64,000 bases of DNA from Antedon mediterranea (Eukaryota; Animalia; Echinodermata), in assembly GCF_964355755.1 (NCBI RefSeq), contig NC_092677.1, positions 11,926,101 to 11,990,100 on the forward strand, written 5' to 3'. Positions 30,201 to 39,816 of this stretch are shown one piece after another. A model generated the notes under the pieces. The model worked only from the letters and a program-made list of their open reading frames with translations. It made no database searches and was not told where the DNA came from. How positions within the stretch are numbered: position 1 is the first letter of the stretch; each line of letters starts with the position of its first letter. A program made the position numbers and the translations under genes.

Positions 30201-33200
30201 TATATAATTCATATATCGTCTTTACAACTTGATTAAAGCGCTTAACAAAAATGATTACATAAAAAGTCAGAAATTGATATTCAGTTTTAAATACGAGATT
30301 TTCAGGAAATATTGTTTAAGCGTAAATTGGGAAATTAATTACAATCTATCATCTTTAGCCATGTGTCTTGTTATTACATTTTTCAGGCCTACATTTTTTT
30401 CCCTTAGGCGCAGGTAAATCAACAAACACTTACAACTCCCTGCTTACATGCAGTGCCCTACTTAAATTTTGCTGAGATCTTACAAATTTGACCTATTTAT
30501 TTATTTTAGAAATTCACACTAAAAATAATATACAAAGATATCTTCTCTAAGAAAGACTACTAATGTGTTGTAGTAGTCATTGTAATAAGTATATTATTAT
30601 TGTTATAGTATTTACCAACAGTACTGAATAGTAATAATATAGTGCTTGATAAATGTTTCTAGATACTGTACTTTATGTAAGCTGTTCTATTTTTCACAAC
30701 ACTTGAATAAAAACCTTTTGAAAGTACAGCTGACCTCAACCAGACCAAAAGTTTTGATTGATTAGAGGGGCGTTTCTACTCCAGATGGGAAAGGTCATTG
30801 CCCAATCCATACTTTTCCTTAAAACCATTATTGGAACATGCCTGGATCATATGGATTAATTCTCTTCATTTGGGGATACATTAGGCATATTCCATTGGAA
30901 AAACAAAGGTCATATGGATACCAGCAATGGATTCTATTTGGAGATCACCTGACAAATAATTATGTTGAGAATTCTATGGTATCATCTCCACATAAATGGC
31001 ATTATCTTTCCAGTATGAGCAAATTCTATAATATAGTGTCATATACTGTACATATCACAGGTGTGTAGTTACACAGTTATAAACTACGATACAGGTGTCA
31101 CATGTGATAGACATCTGACATTGTATTACAGAATTACATTCACATTACATTACGTTAAGGTAGGTTAGGCTTATGGATTATGATACAAGTGTCACATGTG
31201 ATAAACATATGACATTGTATTACAGAACTTGCCTATGATACTGGACAAATAATAGATAAAGTATTGGCTTGGGAATAGACCTAGATCTTATTAGTTCAAC
31301 TGACACAGGGTTCCTTTAAACAGACCAGACAGTCTCATTGCTGTATTAATGTTAAGCCTGGAGTTTCCGAAGCATGGCCTTGATATGCCTACTGTGGTGG
31401 TATAGGTTTATCCTATTATTGCTCCCTGTACAATTATGTTCCATTTTAAGGTTAATAGTGGGTTTCTTCTCCCTCATTTTATTAAGTGTTTTACATTTTA
31501 CATCCTTGATAAAACTAGAGGTGAAACGGATGGTCTAATGGTAGAGTGTCTCCATGTCAAAAAAGACCTTAGTCCGCTTTTAATTGTATGTATGGGCGAA
31601 TTTTCTAATTTTTCCAATTACACATTATTTTATTTTTAATAATACGAATTGAATTGAGGATTTAGAGTTTGCCCTTTAAAATGCAATTTATTTTATAAAA
31701 TTAAAACTTTTTATTATACATATTTCTTACAAACTGTTATTTTAAGTATCTTTTTCATCTTTTTATGTGCCCCATTTCATTTTAGAAGTACCCACTAAAA
31801 TTGTTCACATCAAATTTAAGTACAATTAAGCCTCCTAGCTTAGGTAACACCATACCGGAAAGCAAAGTTCAATATATTATATGTTTTTATTGTGTGAATA
31901 TATATATATAATGAATGACTATCTATTTGTATCTCCATTGAGATCCATTCGAATCTATTGTTTTTGGTATTGCATTTTCATGTATTGTTCATAGATTTAA
32001 TTAAAAACAAAGAAACTCTTCTCAACATCTCCTCCTACTTACGTTGTATGCACAACCCCGATGACCTTGACTTTTGCCATCCTAAACAGCACTGGGGTCC
32101 AGCTGGACCTTGACAGACATGAGGCCCTCTATAAATAAAACAAAATAATTATGTAAATCTCTATCTACACTGTGATGTGCTCAAACATGGTAGTGATATG
32201 ATCAAATATGGTATTGATATGACATCATCATGTCCATATATAGGCAAATCACATTTTTTTGTCACATAAAGTTTGATGGTGTAAAACAAGGCTTTAGATA
32301 TATATATGTTATGATAATCTCCCGCTTTATTTTACCATTAAAAATTTGATAAAAAATAAACAGAGCTAATATAAAATATAAACATTTTAAAATATCACAA
32401 AATATGCAACACTCATAGATTAAAAGTTATTTTATAGAATTGTATGGTGCATGAAAAGGTTTTAAGTACCATTTATTCCATGCAATGCAGTTCAAACTCA
32501 TTAAAGATGAGGAAAACACAATTGCTAAATTTTGATCAAAACTACACAGCAGCTCAAATGTTTGCAATAACTTGTTATACTTTTTAACCATAGGTCTAGT
32601 TGATAAAACCTAATCAAACTACTACAACATTATACTGTACTAAAATTATTTTTGCACCTGGATGTTATTAATTGGTAGATAAAATACTTTGTTCATGTCA
32701 TCATTTGACAAAAATAACAGAAGGCAGGAAGAATTCTAATAAAAATACCTAGATACTGGCAGGTGAAATGAAAACTGTTTCAAGTCAGCACCCCTGTCTA
32801 CAAAAGAACAATAAATCAAGCCTATTGAAGGGAAGGGATTGAATGGTGTAGCTGTCAGTGTGGATATATTACACACACTACAGGCCACCTGAGTTTGTTA
32901 GCTTGGCTAAACATTACAAGCTGAACACACCACAGTGGGCCTGTTGCTGTCAACAGGTATGACAGTAATCAATGTGAAAAAAAAAAAACAAGAAAGTTAT
33001 ACAGCTCAATTGAATAGGGTCAACTAGATTATTAAATCAATTCTCCTCAGATTCGAGTTATTTAAGATCGGGTTTTAACCAAATTAACAGTCCTCCTTAA
33101 CTAGGAATTTAAAGTCTTACAAAATAATTAAATTAAATTAAAACAGAATCTAAGTATTAATTTAATACCTGTTTGCAGTTTCCATGGGTTTATGCAGCAA

Positions 33201-34879
33201 TCATTTTTAATTTGATAAACTGATTGAATTTAAATTTATTTTGATTCTTTAGCAACTAATATTGGTATTATATTATTCCTAGGCCTACTTTTCTTAATAA
33301 GAATGTGTTGATTGACACCACCACTGGTATGTAAAATTTAATGTAAAAAGATCCCCTCCTTTAGGACACCTATATATTATTAATTTAAAAGGGTACACTT
33401 TCCAATGAACCACTACTGTTCTAACCTATTTATTAAATATTATTTATTAAGACGGACATTTTCTTGGGTTGGGTTCTCGCATGATGTAGGTATAAAAATA
33501 TATATATAAAAATATTGTTATACCATGGGTCCTTGGGTATCCCCTTTTCTTTCTTTGGAGGTTCTAGTTATAAAACTGGCAGAACATTTATTTTTATCTT
33601 TTTTTAGCCTACTACGCATTACTAGTCCTGGACCTTATGTAAGCCTACTAAGGGTATGTTCACACACAAGCGGTAAGGTAATCCACGGATTAAAATGCTT
33701 AGGTGTTCACACGTACGCCGTTCGTTATATTAATGAATATCGTTGAACAGAGAAGTCTCGCGACAGTATCCCGAAAAACACTCTGCTTTTGGCTATTTTT
33801 TACTTTAATTTCACCCTAAACAATTCATGCGCTTTTAATCGAAGAGCAGAGAGTAGCTAAATAGCTGTGTTTTTATATCAGCAATCAAATTTACAGTAAA
33901 AAACAAGAATAATAATAATAAGGTCAAAATAATTCAATCGTCGCTGGAGTTAGCTCCGAGGCGTTAGTTAAGATGGGGTACGTAGCTGACAGACGCAGCG
34001 TAGTGAGGTGCGTTATTAACGCCACTCACTGCCTAGTAGTTCACATGCAAGGCGTAGGCTAAGCAAGGCGACGGCACGGCTTACGCCATACGTGTGAACA
34101 GGCTCTGAGCTAGGCATTCTTGGACACACTTGGGCCACCACATATCGGAAAGCAAAATAAAAACATAGGCCTAGCTAGGCTAGGCCCTACTACTACTAGG
34201 CCTAGGCCTAGGCTAGGCTAGTAGGCCTGGCCCTAGTGTAGTAGTAGAGTAGAGGCCACCCTATGTTTAGGTCCACTCTATCTAGCTAGCTAAAAATGTA
34301 AGTAGATCTGACTGTGACTTACTATTATCTCACTAAAAGAAACACGTGTGTGTCAAACATGTTTTATTGATTAAGGCAATAAATTAGTCAAAAAAACCTG
34401 GGTTATATTAATAAAACAACCCAACGTAGGGCCAGTGTTGGCTACACACTGAATATTCATAATAATCAGATCTCTCTCTGCGAATTTTTTGTGCGGATAT
34501 TCTTCCGACGATTTTGATTGGTGCACGTTTTTCTAGGTGCACACACGTACGTACGTACGTGGCCTGGTCGTCGGCGGATACTGGATTTGATCTATCAATT
34601 TTAATCCATAGAATTTATCAATAAACAACTTCAATCTTTTCAAAGTTCAAAAAATCCTAAATTAAACAAATGGGGCTATATATTATAATAATTATTAGGC
34701 CTACTAATAACACACTTAAAATTAGGTACGATATCGACTTATATCGATAGCATCGATTAATTAAATTACCTTTTTATATTTCTGACATTTCGATAAAGAA
34801 TTTTATCCTCGGCTGATAAAGCTCCCACAAACAGAAGAACACAAAATAGTAAATTCCGGAGATTCACAATGTTAGACAT
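3267..34879 (-). CDS. VWCE: von Willebrand factor C and EGF domain-containing protein-like (secreted EGF/cbEGF protein); 3' part probably left of the window
   Basis: GT-AG exons with consistent phases: 34879-34770 (signal peptide MSNIVNLRNLLFCVLLFVGALSA), 32128-32043 (GPHVCQGPAGPQCCLGW), 28914-28777 (VCRGSCGSGSCTAPNRC), 27623-27402, 27019-26759 (DVDECIQAGLCHHFCSNKEGSYEC), 26485-26393 (CPPGTVIRSTSNGIQCV), 12431-12315 (DVDECGSSNCEHDCVNAEGGYKCEC), 10015-9890 (DENECSRNDFRLCHHICTNTVGSY), 4320-4189, 3912-3799, 3392-3267 (cbEGF). The N-terminal motif and the EGF order resemble vertebrate VWCE from recall. No stop codon or vWC domain seen in the window. Confidence 0.8.
3960..4110. mobile_element. high-copy short MITE family A (AGCTCTGTCTACACTATCAAA TIR)
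   Basis: TIR plus internal 21-bp subrepeats ATCACTACCATATTTGGGCAC; about ten copies in the window. Confidence 0.8.
4995..5940. repeat. minisatellite, 67-bp unit, about 14 copies
   Basis: Unit GTACAAATAAAATAAGCACTGAAAAAATGACAATGTTGAGGGTATCAGTGGCTGGATGTCAATGGTA, in a VWCE intron. Confidence 0.95.
6090..6240 (-). mobile_element. Penelope-like fragment with inverted flanks and a degenerate hammerhead core
   Basis: ~33-bp inverted repeat AGTAAAGTCGGGTTTG(T/C)GGTACACC...; the minus strand between the arms reads CTCAAGAAATGGTTG...CAACCGAAACGTCGAG. Confidence 0.55.
6720..6845 (+). mobile_element. LINE (CR1/L2-type) 3' end remnant
   Basis: T-rich 3' region ending AATAAA(TGAAA)n; a similar tail with an AAGGATCCTGC/GCAGGATCCTT stem-loop lies at ~20995-21108. 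Confidence 0.45.
7090..7573 (+). mobile_element. solo LTR, Gypsy-like
   Basis: TG...CA termini (TGTAAT...GTGACA), 4-bp TSD ACCA at 7086-7089 and 7574-7577, internal TATATAA and ATTAAA. Confidence 0.7.
9666..9822 (-). mobile_element. tRNA-derived SINE, CORE-like, decayed
   Basis: Minus strand: GGGTTCCAATCC B box, TCCTTGGGCAAGACACTT, CCACCCAGGGGTACAAATGGGTACC. Confidence 0.7.
10316..11772. repeat. dispersed repeat, copy 1 (host of the pogo-like MITE)
   Basis: Near-identical to 25904-26350 apart from the MITE and a ~156-bp segment bounded by TAAAATTA. Confidence 0.85.
10822..11674. mobile_element. Tc1/mariner (pogo/Tc2-like) MITE
   Basis: TIR CCGTATATTTCGGTGTATAAGTCGCAC with TA TSD. The paralogous sequence near 26250 shows the empty site (AATAACTATTATGTGAC). 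Confidence 0.9.
12618..12876 (+). mobile_element. tRNA-derived SINE with A-rich tail (related minus-strand fragment at ~23985-24070)
   Basis: TGGCTTTGTGGTTA A box, GGTTCAAGCCC B box, (TAAAAA)n tail. Confidence 0.65.
14046..14303. mobile_element. MITE (partial second copy at ~4355-4540)
   Basis: Imperfect TIRs ATATCCT...GTATAATCCCAC / GTGGGATTATAC...AGGATAT; the internal sequence is shared with 4378-4538. Confidence 0.65.
16732..16950. mobile_element. MITE, degenerate
   Basis: AACTCGGACAGTGTCGTACGACAAGGC is mirrored by GCCTTGTCATATGATGCTGTCTGAGTT. Confidence 0.55.
17695..17848. mobile_element. MITE family A copy
   Basis: Same TIR and subrepeats; a partial copy also lies at 18337-18422. Confidence 0.8.
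19015..19140. mobile_element. MITE family A copy
   Basis: Same TIR and subrepeats. Confidence 0.75.
21930..22060. mobile_element. MITE family A copy
   Basis: Same TIR and subrepeats. Confidence 0.75.
23511..23653. mobile_element. MITE family A copy
   Basis: Same TIR and subrepeats. Confidence 0.75.
24365..24502. mobile_element. small MITE-like inverted-repeat element
   Basis: CGCCCTGATCCTTAATTTCCTCG and CGAGGATTAAGATTGAGGACG are imperfect inverted ends. Confidence 0.4.
25904..26350. repeat. dispersed repeat, copy 2 (empty site)
   Basis: Matches 10316-10511, 10668-10821 and 11677-11772. Confidence 0.85.
28962..29115. mobile_element. Tigger/pogo-like MITE
   Basis: CAGTAGAACC...GGTTCTACTG with TA TSD; related decayed copies near 15096 and 56862-57013. 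Confidence 0.7.
32157..32294. mobile_element. MITE family A copy
   Basis: Same family; lies ~30 nt upstream (transcript orientation) of the VWCE exon 2 acceptor. Confidence 0.7.
33651..34105. mobile_element. Harbinger-like MITE in VWCE intron 1
   Basis: AGGGTATGTTCACAC ... GTGTGAACAGGCTCT termini; CpG-rich interior. Confidence 0.5.
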
Positions 34880-35961
34880 TATTGTCAAAAGTGAAAAAGG
34901 GGAATCCCCTATACGAGATTTCCAGCACGTTTTTGGTATATTCCGAAGTTGTTAAAAAAAACAAATTATCCAAACAATTTCTACAGCTTTTTTCAAAACA
35001 AAAAATGTGCTATTTTAAGATAATAGTGACATTATTGAGTAAAATGCGAACTTCTTGACAAAATCCAAGAATATCCTGGGTTTTGCATGCAGACCTATCG
35101 TTTCTTATCGCCGCAATTCACTAAATGACAATTTTACGCACTCTACACCAATAAACGATCAGCAATCACCTCCCAGGTTTACTCATAGACCAGGTCAAGG
35201 GTCATATTTGACAGGGAAAATTATACCTACTATGGCATTGAAATCTGATCTAGGCTTCCTTTACGTGCTTAAAAAGGCCACCTACAAGTTTTATGACTTA
35301 AAAACTATACAAGAGAATAAAGCGTTGTGATTGGCTAAAATATCAGATAAGTTTTGATCAATAGGGGGCGCTCGTTTTCAAACACTGTACAGTATTCAAA
35401 TATAAAGTTTAGATACAATCAAGACAGGACAAAAGTATCAGTATACATGTACTGCAGTTTCTGTAGCTACTTAGGTTGCATCGTTAATTTAATTAAGTTT
35501 CTAATAATTAATTGAAACTACAGATTTAGTATTTTTGTTTCGTGGTGAGGTTATAGATATTGTATTCGAAACAGGCAATAGTATTTTTATAAAAAATATA
35601 TTAATTATTTAAAGGTGTTTATCAAACACTTTGTACCTCACATTGATAGGCCAATGAGCCTTATTATACTTCTTAAGTTTGCGTACTCAACCAATCCAAA
35701 TCTTAAAATTTCAGAAATTATTGTAAGAAATATAACTAACTCGATCTGTACGGATTTTTGTTTTAATAATTATAAAATGTTTATCTTTTATTTTGAAAGA
35801 CAGATATTTAATTTAGAGAGTCAAGTTAATTAGGATAATATTAATGTATTAACAAGATCAAAATTGACCGCCGCGAATGACTAACAATTTTATTGTCAGA
35901 GAAAAAGGGAATTATAATTCTCTTCGTTACGTGTTTAGAAAAGAATTTATATCTCATCGTA

Positions 35962-36448
35962 GTTTGGTATGTCGGCGTTGTTATGCAAATGAGTTTGTGC
36001 AGGTGTAGTGGGAAAGATGGTTTTAATATTCATTCGCGGTCAACACGCCACACTGTTAAATTTTGGGCTAAAACATTTACAACAGCAAAAATTGGGTGGC
36101 AAAAGCCACACAAAAATAAAAGATGTTATGGTGTGCTCTCCCTGCCTCAGCACGGGCCAATTGAAGCCAAATGTGCTCCTTCATTTGTTAGTACAGTACT
36201 CTTGGGTGGGCTTCTTTTCCAAATGGACTTCTTTTCGAGATTACTTTCAAACTAAATGATGGGATCTGCTACCCGCCCGGAGAAATTGCTTTTTTTATAT
36301 ATAGGCCTAGTTTGAATAATCTTCTAATGAAAAGATTAACAACATCAAAATTCAACAGTGTGGCGTGATGACCGCAATGACTAACAATACCATCTTCCCC
36401 ACTACACCTGCACCAACTCATTTGCATAATAACGCACAGCATACCAAC
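35962..36448. mobile_element. MITE-like element with ~90-100 bp imperfect TIRs (second copy ~37934-38422)
   Basis: GTTATGCAAATGAGTTTGTGCAGGTGTAGTGGG...CACACTGTT is mirrored by AACAGTGTG...CCCACTACACCTGCACCAACTCATTTGCATAAT. Confidence 0.7.
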
Positions 36449-36850
36449 TGTTCAATATTTGTATAGGAGTCGCAATCAATGGGTTTGCTGGATGGCCATG
36501 CTTGTTCAGGCTGCTATTGTTCATCATTTAATTTATTGTATCAGTTGTTTTATTTCTCATTAATTCATTTTATTTATTCATGCTCAAACACAGTAAAATG
36601 TTGTACATGGTTTGAAATTATTTTCGTTTGTTCAAAGTTAAAAATTCACACACAAATTGTGAAATTATTTATTAAAATAATGCATATGTATTTAAATGAA
36701 TAAATAAAGAGAATACAATAGCCAGACTGGGCATCGGCACCTTTACAAATTTCTATTTATTTGTTCCTAACTTTCTGACATAACTTAGGTGTTCTTAAAA
36801 TTGAGGGCGCCAAACATAAAATTTACGATATCGGAGAGACGCGGGAAGCC

Positions 36851-37098
36851 AAAAAAAAAATGATGTTGTGCTCCCTTGCCTCTAGCACGGTAAGGCTCTC
36901 TCACAGCCTTGGGGGTACCACACATCAGATGCTTTGATGTTATTGCCTCATGATGTGTGGTGGAAAGGGGGACGTTTAAATCTGTGAACCCCAAACACAG
37001 AAGCTCGCATAGCTTTAACTCTTTTCCACCGACCGGCATGGGGTTTGAACCCATGATAATCGTGTTCCACGACGCTCTACCAACTGAGCTATCCGGCC
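36851..37098 (-). ncRNA. tRNA-headed structured Pol III-like RNA or SINE, copy 1
   Basis: Cloverleaf at 37098-37030 with A box TAGCTCAGTTGGTAGAGC, B box GGTTCAAACCC and a 3-nt anticodon loop; several hairpins follow, then T10 (36860-36851). Confidence 0.55.
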
Positions 37099-38824
37099 CT
37101 CTGATTTATAGCAAGGTTAAAACTAGATTAGTTTCCTCAAATTACGTCATGAATATGCAAATTTATGACGTAACGATTAGATTGACGTAATATGAAGCGC
37201 GTAGATTACACTATTGTCACCTTTCATTACTCGTGTACATTGTGTGGCATAACGGGTAGTGGTCTAGTATTACTATCGTTTTGATTCTCTCAGCTCTACT
37301 AGCTGGGGTTCGAACCTCTACGGATTTCTTTTTTTTTAAATGTAACTATAAAATGTTTTTCTTTTATTTTGAAAAAGATATTTAGAGAATAGAGAGTCAA
37401 GTTAATTTAGGATAGGCATGGGCTGGTCCTGAAGACTTATATTTATATTTAATATGATATAGGAGGCGTGGCAGCTTCAACAACGTGTGCTTTGGAGCGT
37501 ATCGATCAAAATAAGTTGAGTGAGACAGAACACCCTTGTTTAATATGTTATGTATTACTATTTATCATTTTATTAATTATTTAAAGGTTTTTATCAAACA
37601 CTTTGTACCTAACATTGATAGGCCAATGAGTCTTATTATACTTCTTAAGTATGCGTACTCAACCAATTCAAATCTTAAAATTTCAGAAATTATTGTAAGA
37701 AATATAACTAACTCGATCTGTACGGATTTTTGTTTTAATAATTATAAAATGTTTATCTTTTATTTTGAAAGACAGATATTTAATTTAGAGAGTCAAGTTA
37801 ATTAGGATAATATTAATGTATTAACAAGATCAAAATTGACCGCCGCGAATGACTAACAATTTTATTGTCAGAGAAAAAGGGAATTATAATTCTCTTCGTT
37901 ACGTGTTTAGAAAAGATTTTATATCTCATCGTAGTTTGGTATGTCGGCGTTGTTATGCAAATGAGTTTGTGCAGGTGTAGTGGGAAAGATGGTTTTAATA
38001 TTCATTCGCGGTCAACACGCCACACTGTTAAATTTTGGGCTAAAACATTTACAACAGCAAAAATTGGGTGGCAAAAGCCACACAAAAATAAAAGATGTTA
38101 TGGTGTGCTCTCCCTGCCTCAGCACTAAGGCCAATTGAAGCCAAATGTGCTCCTTCATTTTTTAGTACAGTACTCTTGGGTGGGCTTCTTTTCCAAATGG
38201 ACTTCTTTTCGAGATTACTTTCAAACTAAATGATGGGATCTGCTACCCGCCCGGAGAAATTGCTTTTTTTATATATAGGCCTAGTTTGAATAATCTTCTA
38301 ATGAAAAAATTAACAACATCAAAATTCAACAGTGTGGCGTGATGACCGCAATGACTAACAATACCATCTTCCCCACTACACCTGCACCAACTCATTTGCA
38401 TAATAACGCACAGCATACCAACTGTTCAATATTTGTATAGGAGTCGCAATCAATGGGTTTGCTGGATGGCCATGCTTGTTCAGGCTGCTATTGTTCATCA
38501 TTTAATTTATTGTATCAGTTGTTTTATTTCTCATTAATTCATTTTATTTATTCATGCTCAAACACAGTAAAATGTTGTACATGGTTTGAAATAATTTTCG
38601 TTTGTTCAAAGTTAAAAATTCACACACAAATTGTGAAATTATTTATTAAAATAATGCATATGTATTTAAATGAATAAATAAAGAGAATACACTAGCCAGA
38701 CTGGGCATCGGCACCTTTACACATTTCTATTTATTTGTTCCTAACTTTCTGACATAACTTAGGTGTTCTTAAAATTGAGGGCGCCAAACATAAAATTTAC
38801 GATATCGGAGAGACGCGGGAAGCC

Positions 38825-39073
38825 AAAAAAAAAAATGATGTTGTGCTCCCTTGCCTCTAGCACGGTAAGGCTCTCTCACAGCCTTGGGGGTACCACACAT
38901 CAGATGCTTTGATGTTATTGCCTCATGATGTGTGGTGGAAAGGGGGACGTTTAAATCTGTGAACCCCAAACACAGAAGCTCGCATAGCTTTAACTCTTTT
39001 CCACCGACCGGCATGGGGTTTGAACCCATGATAATCGTGTTCCACGACGCTCTACCAACTGAGCTATCCGGCC
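38825..39073 (-). ncRNA. tRNA-headed structured Pol III-like RNA or SINE, copy 2
   Basis: Duplicate of 36851-37098, ending in T11. Confidence 0.55.
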
Positions 39074-39816
39074 CTCTGATTTATAGCAAGGTTAAAACTA
39101 GATTAGTTTCCTCAAATTACGTCATGAATATGCAAATTTATGACGTAACGATTAGATTGACGTAATATGAAGCGCGTAGATTACACTATTGTCACCTTTC
39201 ATTACTCGTGTACATTGTGTGGCATAACGGGTAGTGGTCTAGTATTACTATCGTTTTGATTCTCTCAGCTCTACTAGCTGGGGTTCGAACCTCTACGGAT
39301 TTCTTTTTTTTTTAAATGTAACTATAAGTTGAGTGAGACAGAACACCCTTGTTTAATATGTTATGTATTACTATTTATCATACAAAATACAGGCAATCGT
39401 GGTTCTAATGACACATTTCTGATAGAAGTAAACAATAAAGGTAATATTAATTATCGAATAGAATTGTTTATTCATAATTATGTGCTTGCCACAGTAGACT
39501 ATAGTATAGTTATAGGCTAAGCCTAAAATGAAGAAAAGGAGCCGCCGATCGGACGATGTTTCTGCCACGTCGGCGGTTTTATTTCTTGCGCTGCTGAAGC
39601 CTGACTCCTGAGTCTATGACTCACTGATTTTGCCAAAAGTCAAGTAAAGTTCAAAACCTCACAATCTAATGAAATCGCCAGACTAACGAAGTGGTGCTGC
39701 AGGTATATTTGTGGTAAATATATCAGAAGGAACCATAATATAATAAATAACTATTCTTATATTCTATTAATATTAATTATCCAGAACAAATCTGGTCTCT
39801 TTTACATCGATGTTAG

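Larger units (their letters stand above)
35602..39381. repeat. tandem duplication of about 1.97 kb (copy A ~35602-37572, copy B ~37573-39381)
   Basis: Near-identical sequence at an offset of 1971-1975; copy B lacks ~37351-37512. Confidence 0.93.

Noticed and set aside
37030-37098. Functional tRNA gene
   Set aside because: The anticodon loop is only 3 nt, so it cannot decode; reported as a tRNA-like RNA instead.
35615-39165. Duplicated 70-120 aa ORFs
   Set aside because: No recognisable domains, and frameshifts or stops differ between the two copies.
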